Below are positions 32,716-41,164 of a stretch of 64,000 nt of DNA, in pieces; the stretch's first letter is position 1, and each line of letters begins with the position of its first letter. The position numbers were made by a program, and so were the translations under genes. The stretch spans positions 50,981 through 114,980 of the forward strand of contig JBLINB010000001.1 of NCBI GenBank assembly GCA_047638975.1. The letters are read 5' to 3'. The DNA comes from Myxococcota bacterium (GTDB lineage Bacteria; Planctomycetota; UBA1135). The notes under the pieces are model-generated. The model saw only the letters and a list, made by a program, of their open reading frames with translations. It was not told the origin of the DNA and did not search any database.

Positions 32716-33384
32716 TTATTTTTGGCACATACGTGCGATTTCGGAGACTAGAGCATCGATGCCAGTTGCGAGCTGATCAATGTTTCCAGCCAACATATAA
32801 GCTGGCGTTGACACGATTTTATTGAGTTCATCGACATGAATTTGCGAGTAAAGGCAATCAACTGTTTTCGCTCCCATCTCGCGCAAGGCTGCATGGGTTT
32901 CTGTGCAATTACCCGCGGTCAACTCAGCGACAGCATGGTGGTCGCGCAAAGCACTTGCGCAAATAACCGGGGCAATACATATAAACCCCAGAACTTTAGA
33001 GTCATCTACGAAATTGCGAATAGCACGCTCAACTTGTGGATGAGCTACAGCGTCGGCTTGAGCAACGGCAAAGTCGCAGAGGTTTTTAGCTGCGCCAAAC
33101 CCGCCAGGAAAGATAATGGCGTCGTAATCTGCGGCGAAAATTTCATCTAAGGGTACAATATTACCGCGCGCAATTCGGGCTGCTTCGTGCAGCATATTAC
33201 GCGACTCGCCTTCAACGACCTCGCCGGTAAAATGATTTACGACATGCATTTGCGGTGCATCTGGAGCGCAACACTGCACTACAGCTCCGGCGCGTTCTAG
33301 CGCCAGTAAAGTCAAAACCGTCTCATGGATTTCGGACCCATCGTTGACTCCGGACCCTGCTAAACAAACTGCGACTCGTAGCAT
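32716..33384 (-). CDS. elbB: ElbB-type DJ-1/PfpI family protein (isoprenoid biosynthesis glyoxalase-like)
   Basis: MLRVAVCLAGSGVNDGSEIHE N-terminus and an IFPGGFGA block. Its stop abuts the M1 start. Confidence 0.7.
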   Translation of the reverse strand: MLRVAVCLAGSGVNDGSEIHETVLTLLALERAGAVVQCCAPDAPQMHVVNHFTGEVVEGESRNMLHEAARIARGNIVPLDEIFAADYDAIIFPGGFGAAKNLCDFAVAQADAVAHPQVERAIRNFVDDSKVLGFICIAPVICASALRDHHAVAELTAGNCTETHAALREMGAKTVDCLYSQIHVDELNKIVSTPAYMLAGNIDQLATGIDALVSEIARMCQK

Positions 33385-33397
33385 TTTTTATTCTTTA

Positions 33398-33676
33398 TTA
33401 TTCGTGAATGGACTCGAGGACGACGTCCCCTGCGATATGTGCTTGGCACGCTAAGCGTTCGTCAGCCTCACAACCAAAGCCTTCAAGGATGGCTTCTTCT
33501 ACTTTAGATGGCGGCGCTAGCTCTCCTTCGATTACTTTTACGACGCAGATGCCGCATTTGCCCGACTGGCAACCAAAAGTTATGGGTAGATCGTCATCGT
33601 AGCTAAGCTCGAGCAATCGACCTTCGCCATTCGTGATTTTGGTTTCTACAGATGATTTTACAGTGACTTTTGACAT
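33398..33676 (-). CDS. 2Fe-2S ferredoxin
   Basis: CQSGKCGIC...C cluster-binding pattern in a 92-aa protein. Confidence 0.7.
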   Translation of the reverse strand: MSKVTVKSSVETKITNGEGRLLELSYDDDLPITFGCQSGKCGICVVKVIEGELAPPSKVEEAILEGFGCEADERLACQAHIAGDVVLESIHE

Positions 33677-33978
33677 TATTCTTTAGATATCTTTTTTTGG
33701 ACAGCATCTATTATGCTTGAGCAGTCAGCAGCACCAAAGCCACTAAACCACTGATCGTTAGGCATCAACACCGCATGCGGCCCGTCGTAGCATGGCCCTA
33801 GGCATCCGCTCGATGTGACGCGCAGTGTGGCTTTAAGGCCACGTGCTTTGACTTCGTCTTTGAGCAGTTGGCATAGCTTTGGTGAATCATGGCTGCTGCC
33901 GCACGACTCGCGTCCATCAGCGCCACGGCTGTTGGAACACACAAACAAAATGTTATCGGGCTTGGTCATAGTCGGCAA
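33676..33978 (-). CDS. Thioredoxin-like [2Fe-2S] ferredoxin family protein
   Basis: Cx4C...CxxxC arrangement (CSNSRGADGRESC...CLGPC) typical of NuoE-like Trx-fold ferredoxins. Confidence 0.6.
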   Translation of the reverse strand: MPTMTKPDNILFVCSNSRGADGRESCGSSHDSPKLCQLLKDEVKARGLKATLRVTSSGCLGPCYDGPHAVLMPNDQWFSGFGAADCSSIIDAVQKKISKE

Positions 33979-34510
33979 AGCGTTGTTGATAGTCTAATGC
34001 CTGTTCAACGTAAGACAATGGAGTTTTAGATTTTGAGCGCATCGAGTCGATGTAAAGCTCGGCGCTACCGAATTTTGCTATGTTACGCGCGACCCGTGCT
34101 GCTCCTAGGCGATAAGACAACAAACCTAAAGTAACATCGCCATCGTGACGGCGAATCATCTGCGCTAGATAAAAAGCACCCATTCGTAAGTTGTCGCTTG
34201 GAGTATACGGCGGACCACTGATTTGCATTTTTCCGGCAACTTCAGCAGCTGTAGTCGGAAGCAACTGGCAGTAGCCACCCGCGTTTACTGACGATAAGGC
34301 ATCGGCCTTGCCACGCGATTCAGCGAAAACTAAACCGGCCAATAAATAAGGATCGATGCTGCTTTCTGCGGCTGCCGGTTTTATTTGCGGCAGCAAGTCG
34401 GCGACACGTTCAAAGCCAGAATCGCGCATCAGCCATACACTGATACCAACGATAACCACGACCCATTTTAATAAGCCAATCCGCTCGCCAAATGTCTTAT
34501 TACTTTGCAC
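33953..34510 (-). CDS. Lytic transglycosylase (SLT domain)
   Basis: ESRGKADALSSVNAGGYCQL catalytic-Glu block and AFYLAQMIRR. Confidence 0.75.
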   Translation of the reverse strand: MQSNKTFGERIGLLKWVVVIVGISVWLMRDSGFERVADLLPQIKPAAAESSIDPYLLAGLVFAESRGKADALSSVNAGGYCQLLPTTAAEVAGKMQISGPPYTPSDNLRMGAFYLAQMIRRHDGDVTLGLLSYRLGAARVARNIAKFGSAELYIDSMRSKSKTPLSYVEQALDYQQRFADYDQAR

Positions 34511-37424
34511 TTTCTAACCAATCTTGCCATGGACGCGCACGGCGCAACAACTCGGAGCTTGGAGTGCCATTAAGAATAACTGGAGCGTCAACTTTAGTAA
34601 TGTTAAACAAGAAATAAGCACAAAGTGGACGCAATCTTGTAGGTGCAGAAGCAAGTCCGACCATGAGTTGTTCGACAGCTAACTTTGGTGAGCAACGTGA
34701 TGGATCATCAAAATACTCGTCAAGCTCGAAACCAGAATCGATTAATGCCTTACGTAACCAATCGCGTGGTAAGTCTTGCGAGTTTGCCTCCCACCATGCA
34801 GCATAAGTACCTGCTGGGTCAGGAGTGTTTCTGAAATCGGCACCGGTCGCCGAAACGAGGGCATTTAACACCTCGATCGAACGCGGACTGTCGGTGAGCA
34901 ATCCGATCAACGCTGGTGCAGCAGCTGGCTCGCCGGCCAGTCCAACACTGATAGCAGCGCGGGTTGCCAACACGATATCAGCATCAAGCAAGTACGGACG
35001 CATTGCAGAACGGCATGCCGCAGCGCCGCGCATGAATAGTGCTCGTTGATAGCTGCTCTCGAGTGGTCCACCGGCATACTCGACAAACAATTCACTTAAC
35101 ATTTCATCAGCTGCAGGCGTACTCAAATTGGAAATAGCATTTATTGCCGCGACACGCACTGCTGTCGAAAAATCACGAGCCGCTTCATGCAACAATGGCA
35201 AGCTGCTCGCATCATCGACAGCTGCAATGGCTGACAAAGCAATAGAGCGCGTAGTGTCGTCGTAGTCGGCGGCAGCGAATAAGTTCATCGTTGGCAAAGC
35301 AGCAACGGCATGTAGGTCTCCGAGAGCGATTAAAGCAGCATGCACTATCGACAACGATGCGTCATTAAGCGCCGATTCAAGAGCAGGGATAGACGGCTGC
35401 CCTAATGAGCTTAAAGAATACACCGCAGCCAAGCGCACGATCTCACGCGTATCGCCAAGTGCCGCATGCCGATGTTCGAGTGGATAGCTGTTTAGAACTA
35501 AAGCGCAACTTTTACCACGCTGAGTAGCCGCTTGCGCCACCGCAGCATTCATTGCAACGTCAAACAATTCACCATAGGCATTCGTCAATGCCAGCTCGAT
35601 ACATGCATTAGCGAGTTGCAAGCTATCTGGATTGAGTAGCGCAATTTGATACAATTCTTTCGACAACAGTGGCGTCCAAAATTGCTGGCGCTGGGGTAGA
35701 TCTTTTAATTCTATCAACCACGCATTTAAAGAAGCTAAATCTAAAGAGGCCATACGGCCGGCAGATAACTGCAAAAACAATTCGCCCTTAACTGTTGCAT
35801 CAAGAATTGCGTTATCGAAATCACTGAGGTGCTCTAGAATGAAAGCCAAACCACCTGCCCCGGGAGAAGCCAACGTTTGCCAACCTGTTGCCGAGTAAAT
35901 ATCGCTGAAGTCGGTGAGTAATCCATTTAACCAGGGTTCGCCGGCAGAACCTCTGAAGCGTAATACTTTGCGTTGCTCGCCGATAGTCACGATAATCGCT
36001 GCAGATATAGGAGCTGTGGTTAATCCAAAGTCTCCCGGGCGCAGGGATGCTTTTAAAATCGAGTGCTCGTCAAGCAGAGCCAACAATTTTGCTTGCCCGG
36101 CACTGCCAAGCATGCGGTCGCCATAAACAAAAGGAGCCGAACTACCACACAGCACCTGCTCCTTACCGTCGGCGGCAGTTATAGCGACACGTAAACGTGG
36201 CAAATCAAGCGCATCTACATCGATGCGACCACGCACTAACTTCACATTGCCTTCTTGATTTTCGTACCATTTAATCCAGGCACTCGCCGGCTGGCCGGCC
36301 ATCGATTCTCCGGTCACGCGACTTAGACTACCTTGCGCTAATTTAGCGAAGCGGGCGTATTGCGGATAAAATTCTACGCCGCCAACAGCTCGGACCAAAT
36401 TAAAAACCACTTGCTGTTCGATACTGAGCAGCGACTCTCTTAACTCGGAGCGAAATAATTGCTCGGCCAATCCGGCAGCAGCAATAGCTGAAATAAATAT
36501 GTCATTGCGCTGCGCCATCTCGCGCATACGTGGTTCGAGTTCTGCACTTAGTACAGATTCGGTGCGCCCATCTTGTGCTTCAAGTAGCCCAAACAATAAA
36601 TAACTGGCTTCGGTGTCGTTTGCGGCTAAGGCAAACTCTTGACGCATGGCAGCCACTTCTACTTCGGTGCCTTTACCTATCAAAGCGCTTACGGCTTGCA
36701 AAGCCACGCTGACCGACTCGTCGTTGAGCGCTTTGCGTAATGCTTGGCGCGCGTCGGAATGATCGCTGTACATTGAGAGTAAGCGTGTAGCACGTAAGCG
36801 TAAATCGGCATCCCGTCCAAAAGAAATGAACTGCAATAACTTAGGCAAATAATCTTCATTAAGTGCCTCGCCGAGGCGTGTTTCTACTAAAGTTCGAACT
36901 TGACGCCGTGGGTGATCAAGTAGGCTCGCCGCCAGTGCTGGTAATTGGCCATGCTGCAGACGCGCTGCAGAATCTAAACATTTTGCTACTGCGCCCATGT
37001 CAGCAGCCATTGAAGCTGCATTAACCAACTGTTCGGTATCGGCACTGCTGCCTACCCATTCGATAATCTCTGCTGCCAGCTCAACCGATTTTGCATGACT
37101 CGAGAACAAGGCTCGTAGTGCTGTGCTACGCGAACTAAGACCAAAGCCGCGCAAATCTTCAAGATATGCTGCGTAAACTTTAGTCGATATCTTCTTCTCT
37201 GCTTCAAAAGCGTTGAAGAGTTCTTCGATCTTATTCGCCGGTTCAGCAAAAAACCTAAGCACTTGCTCGGGATCTTCGACAACCTCTTTTTTAACCGTGG
37301 AAGTGACGCCATCTGCTGCCGAAGGTGGCTGAGTTACGGGAGCAGGCGGCAAATCGAGTTGCGCACTGGCCACAGAAGGCAAACTGCACAACACAAACAC
37401 TGTAGAAATGAGACGGAAAAACAT
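34500..37424 (-). CDS. Large secreted HEAT/armadillo-repeat protein, function unknown
   Basis: Signal peptide, Pro-rich linker and about 900 aa of Ala/Leu-rich helical repeats with recurring LxxALxDxxxxVRxAA units. There is an 11-nt overlap with the SLT gene. Confidence 0.55.
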   Translation of the reverse strand: MFFRLISTVFVLCSLPSVASAQLDLPPAPVTQPPSAADGVTSTVKKEVVEDPEQVLRFFAEPANKIEELFNAFEAEKKISTKVYAAYLEDLRGFGLSSRSTALRALFSSHAKSVELAAEIIEWVGSSADTEQLVNAASMAADMGAVAKCLDSAARLQHGQLPALAASLLDHPRRQVRTLVETRLGEALNEDYLPKLLQFISFGRDADLRLRATRLLSMYSDHSDARQALRKALNDESVSVALQAVSALIGKGTEVEVAAMRQEFALAANDTEASYLLFGLLEAQDGRTESVLSAELEPRMREMAQRNDIFISAIAAAGLAEQLFRSELRESLLSIEQQVVFNLVRAVGGVEFYPQYARFAKLAQGSLSRVTGESMAGQPASAWIKWYENQEGNVKLVRGRIDVDALDLPRLRVAITAADGKEQVLCGSSAPFVYGDRMLGSAGQAKLLALLDEHSILKASLRPGDFGLTTAPISAAIIVTIGEQRKVLRFRGSAGEPWLNGLLTDFSDIYSATGWQTLASPGAGGLAFILEHLSDFDNAILDATVKGELFLQLSAGRMASLDLASLNAWLIELKDLPQRQQFWTPLLSKELYQIALLNPDSLQLANACIELALTNAYGELFDVAMNAAVAQAATQRGKSCALVLNSYPLEHRHAALGDTREIVRLAAVYSLSSLGQPSIPALESALNDASLSIVHAALIALGDLHAVAALPTMNLFAAADYDDTTRSIALSAIAAVDDASSLPLLHEAARDFSTAVRVAAINAISNLSTPAADEMLSELFVEYAGGPLESSYQRALFMRGAAACRSAMRPYLLDADIVLATRAAISVGLAGEPAAAPALIGLLTDSPRSIEVLNALVSATGADFRNTPDPAGTYAAWWEANSQDLPRDWLRKALIDSGFELDEYFDDPSRCSPKLAVEQLMVGLASAPTRLRPLCAYFLFNITKVDAPVILNGTPSSELLRRARPWQDWLESAK

Positions 37425-37465
37425 TAGGACATCCCGCGCATTGCGGGGAAGCCATTTTAGCGACT

Positions 37466-39379
37466 TTATAGACTTTGGTAACGCTTTAAATCCGCTATCA
37501 GTTGCACCAAATCATCATCACGGACCGGATCAAATGACTGAAAAGCGCCGCGTCCTGATTGTTGAGTGCCGAGTAACGCGCCAGGGCCGCGCTGCCGTAA
37601 ATCAGCAGCTGATACTTCAAAACCATTATCGCAATCTTCGAGTGTTTTCAGGCGAATAAAAGAGTCGTCGTTATCTGTAAATAATTGGCAATAGGCCGTG
37701 AGCGCATTTTCGCCACGCGCCAGGCGTCCGCGTAATTGGTGGAGCGACGACAAGCCTAGGCGTTGCGCCTCAAAGACTAGTAGGTGTTGCAAGCCAGGGA
37801 TGTCAAGCCCCACTTCGACAATGGTCGTAGCAAATAATATCTGTGAGTCATGGTTACGAAAACTATCTACGGAGTGCTGCACATCAGCGTTGTCGAGTCG
37901 TCCATGCACGATGGCTGAGCTGAATTCCTTGAACACCCCGCCCATTAAATACTCTTGCCACGACAGCAAGCCCTCTTCACCATCAATCCGCGGGACCACA
38001 ATTAGTACTTGCTGCCCTTGCTCTAAAAACTTTAGCAACTTGTCGCATTGCTCTTCGATCTGCGTGTCATTGAAGACCTTAGTGACTACTTTCGCGTTTG
38101 CACCGGCGCGCGTCTTCAAGACACATGGGCGTAGTGAGCCATAATACGACCATGCCAAAGTGCGTGGGATCGGCGTAGCCGTCATCGTCAAAACATGCGG
38201 TTGAACGGCTTTGGCGAGCAATGATGCCTTCTGCTTAACCCCGAAGCGTTGTTGCTCATCAAAAATGACTAAACGTAAATGATCGAATTTAACTTTGTCA
38301 TTCAACAGAGCATGCGTGCCGATGACAATGTGCGCGCTCGTATCCGCACGTGACACCGTTGTTTGAGTTGACGCCAACCAGTCACTAAAAGTACTAAAAT
38401 GTTGGTGTGCTAAAATTTCGGTTGGCGCAAGTATCGCCACTTGCCCGCCACTGGCAACGATCAGCAAAGCGATTACAAATGCCACGGCAGTTTTGCCGCT
38501 ACCGACTTCACCATGCAGCAAGCGCTGCATAGATTTTTCACTTTGTAAGTCTAGGCATAAATCTTCAATCACCTGCAGTTGCTCGTCATTTAAGTTAAAT
38601 GGCAACAGTTTGTATATGCGATCCAACACTTTGTTGTCCACTGCCGTCGGTGAGACCAAATCCTTCGACTCCGTTTCGTAGCGCTGTTGCTGTAAAGAAT
38701 AAAGTTCGCCTAAGGCTAAGCGGCGGCGCCCGTTTTCGGCTTCATCTAGATCTTGCGGACAGTGAATCATGCGCACAGCCGTAGCCAATTGCGGCACTGC
38801 TGCAGCTTCAAGCAACGGCAACGGCAGCGGCTCAATCAGCTGCTCGCAGTATTGCACCGCATGCCCGATCGATTGCTTAGTGAACTTGCGCGGCAGGCCC
38901 TCGCCTTTGGGGTAAATCGGACGCGGCGCATGACTGTCGCACATATCAGAGGCGTTGATGACCTCTGCATTATTCAACTTCCACCCATTTTTCTCCGCTA
39001 GAACCCCCTCGAAAGCCATTTTTTCGCCTTCTGGGAACTGTTTTTTACGGAAAGCCTGATTAAAGAAAGCGACGCAAAGCTTTTGAGCGCCAACGTTTAT
39101 GCGCACATTTAAGATATTGCGCTTATATCCCATGCGAAAGATGCTGGTGGAGTAGATTTCTCCTTCGAGTTGTACTAATTTGCCATCAAAATCAGAAAAA
39201 TTTTGCTCTTTTATGAGCAGCGGTGCGGGCTGATAGCGCTGTGGGAGCAACCTGAGTAGTCCCTCTACATCTTCTACCGCAAATGCAACTTTGTATTTTT
39301 CTGCCTTAACAGAACCTATGCCTGCCAGAATCGTTAGATTTTGACTTAGTTCTACTACGTCGGGCTGCTGCGGTGGCAC
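37466..39379 (-). CDS. recG: ATP-dependent DNA helicase RecG
   Basis: Wedge-domain N-terminus, GEVGSGKTAVA Walker A, DEQQRFG DEAH-box and a TRG motif region. The start is apparently GTG at 39379. Confidence 0.9.
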   Translation of the reverse strand: MPPQQPDVVELSQNLTILAGIGSVKAEKYKVAFAVEDVEGLLRLLPQRYQPAPLLIKEQNFSDFDGKLVQLEGEIYSTSIFRMGYKRNILNVRINVGAQKLCVAFFNQAFRKKQFPEGEKMAFEGVLAEKNGWKLNNAEVINASDMCDSHAPRPIYPKGEGLPRKFTKQSIGHAVQYCEQLIEPLPLPLLEAAAVPQLATAVRMIHCPQDLDEAENGRRRLALGELYSLQQQRYETESKDLVSPTAVDNKVLDRIYKLLPFNLNDEQLQVIEDLCLDLQSEKSMQRLLHGEVGSGKTAVAFVIALLIVASGGQVAILAPTEILAHQHFSTFSDWLASTQTTVSRADTSAHIVIGTHALLNDKVKFDHLRLVIFDEQQRFGVKQKASLLAKAVQPHVLTMTATPIPRTLAWSYYGSLRPCVLKTRAGANAKVVTKVFNDTQIEEQCDKLLKFLEQGQQVLIVVPRIDGEEGLLSWQEYLMGGVFKEFSSAIVHGRLDNADVQHSVDSFRNHDSQILFATTIVEVGLDIPGLQHLLVFEAQRLGLSSLHQLRGRLARGENALTAYCQLFTDNDDSFIRLKTLEDCDNGFEVSAADLRQRGPGALLGTQQSGRGAFQSFDPVRDDDLVQLIADLKRYQSL

Positions 39380-39584
39380 AATAATAATTTAAAGAAATCA
39401 TGTAACGCTTGCCACCCTTGCACGTATTAATTAATAAGTCGCTTGCCGTTCGGGGGAATGGTAACGACCACCAGCTCGACCTATTCATGAGTACTGGGTG
39501 AGAGGCATAGCCTTTATTGGTTATGTCTCTTTTTTCTACGACGCTAGCACTATACCCCATGCAATTTGCTTGGTTCCTTTAAAG

Positions 39585-40384
39585 ATTCACGATATTACCA
39601 GCTGTAGGTAATTGCGGCACTGCGGCAGCTTCAAGTAACGGCGGCGGCAACAGCTCAATAAGCTGCTCACAGTATTGCACCGCATGCCTAATCGATTACT
39701 TTGTAAACTTGCGCGACAAGGCATCACCTTTTAGGATAAATCGGGCGTGGCGCATGACTGTCGCACATATCAGACGCGTTGATCACCTCTGCATTATTCA
39801 ACTTCACCCATTTTTCTCTGCCAGAACCGCCTCGAAAGCCATTTTTTCGCCTTCTAGGAACTGCTTTTACGGAAAGCCTGATTGAAGAAAGCGACGCAAA
39901 GCTTGTGAGCGCCAACGTTTATGCGTACATCCAAGATATTGCGCTTATATCCCATCCGAAAGATGCTGGTGGAGTAGATTTCTCCTTCGAGTTGTACTAA
40001 TTTACCATCGAAATCAGAAAAACTTTGCTCCTTTATGAGCAGCGATGCGGGCAAGTAGCGCTGTGAAAGCAACCTGAGCAGCCCATCTATCTCTTTGACC
40101 AAAATGCAACTTTGTATTTCTCTTCCTTAACAGAACCGATGCCTGGCAAAATCGTTAGATTTTGACTTAGCTCTACTACGTCGGGCTGCTGAGTTGGCAT
40201 AATAATAATTTAAAGAAATCATGTAACGCTTGCCACCCTTGCACGTATTAATTAATAAGTCGTTTGTTGTTCGGGGGGATGGCAGCGATCACCAGCTCGA
40301 CGTATCCATGAGTACTGGGTTGAGAGGTATAACCTTATTGGTTGTGCCTCTTTTTTTCTATTACGCTAGCACTATACTCCCGCG
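39585..40384. repeat. Diverged direct duplicate (about 85 to 90% identity) of 38770 to 39555, covering the recG 5' end plus its upstream region
   Basis: Base-by-base collinear alignment. For example, gtaattgcggcactgcggcagcttcaagtaacgg at 39601 matches gccaattgcggcactgctgcagcttcaagcaacgg at 38781. A 60-nt block at 40201 to 40260 is 100% identical to 39380 to 39439. Confidence 0.85.
39590..40200 (-). pseudogene. Degenerate copy of the recG 5' end (wedge-domain fragment)
   Basis: Fragmentary ORFs 39724 to 39915 and 39854 to 40102 encode LLRLLSQRYLPASLLIKEQSFSDFDGKLVQLEGEIYSTSIFRMGYKRNIL... and NNAEVINASDMCDSHAPRPIYPK. These match RecG residues about 40 to 160, but the frame is broken by shifts and stops. 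Confidence 0.8.
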
Positions 40385-41158
40385 ATGAATTTTAACCTTA
40401 CCTACGGTCCATGGGCCATTGTCACCGGCGCTTCTGCCGGACTCGGCGAACATTACACCCGCCAACTTGCCGAGCGCGGTCTAAACGTGTTAATTATCGC
40501 ACGCCGCATGGAGCGCCTCGAGTCATTAGCCACCGAGCTTATGTCCAAGCATAGCGTAAGCATAGAGTGCCTAGAACTCGACTTGGTCGCCGAAGGTGCA
40601 ATCTCCACCATACTTACGGCATGTGAGGGCAAAGACATCGGACTATTAGTCAATAATGCCGGCTTTGGTATCAAAGAACTTTTTACCGAGAACGATGCCG
40701 CAAGGCTCCGCAATATGGTGCGCCTCAATTGCGAAGTACCCGTCATGCTGACCGATGCTTTATTGGGCAAATTAAAAAGCCGCGATACTGCTGGCATCAT
40801 TAATTTATCAAGCGTGGCTGGTTTCCAAGCTACTCCGCACATGAGTGTTTACGGTGCGACAAAAGCTTTTGATCTAATGTTTAGCGAGGCCTTAGGCAGC
40901 GAGCTTGAAGGCAGCGGTATTGATGTCCTAGCCGTATGCCCGGCCTCGACTGCTACCGAATTTCACGTAGTCGCCGGTTCTGAATCAACCTTTCCAACTA
41001 TGGACGACCCGCGCTTAGTAGTACGCAATAGCCTCAACAGTTTAGGCAAACGTGCTGTTTACGTGCATGGTTTCAAGTCGCGAGCATTAATCTTTGTGTC
41101 ACGCTTCACTCCACGTTTTTTGGTTACAAAGATGACGAAATTAATGCTCAAGAACTAA
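40385..41158 (+). CDS. SDR family oxidoreductase
   Basis: IVTGASAGLGE Rossmann motif, NNAG, and YGATKAF is the YxxxK. Confidence 0.8.
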   Translation: MNFNLTYGPWAIVTGASAGLGEHYTRQLAERGLNVLIIARRMERLESLATELMSKHSVSIECLELDLVAEGAISTILTACEGKDIGLLVNNAGFGIKELFTENDAARLRNMVRLNCEVPVMLTDALLGKLKSRDTAGIINLSSVAGFQATPHMSVYGATKAFDLMFSEALGSELEGSGIDVLAVCPASTATEFHVVAGSESTFPTMDDPRLVVRNSLNSLGKRAVYVHGFKSRALIFVSRFTPRFLVTKMTKLMLKN

Positions 41159-41164
41159 GCGAAG

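Noticed and set aside
39377-39401. Alternative recG start at the ATG at 39399 to 39401
   Set aside because: Codon-by-codon check shows this ATG is out of frame with recG and a TAA lies 4 codons upstream in the recG frame. The GTG at 39379 is the most upstream in-frame start.
39306-39560. An 84-aa minus-strand ORF in the recG upstream region
   Set aside because: It lies in the duplicated intergenic sequence. Its counterpart in copy 2 is not conserved as an ORF, and it has no recognisable features.
38770-40384. IS- or transposon-mediated duplication
   Set aside because: I could not find a transposase ORF, terminal inverted repeats or target-site duplications at either duplication. The copies are direct and collinear, which is consistent with replication slippage or unequal crossing-over.
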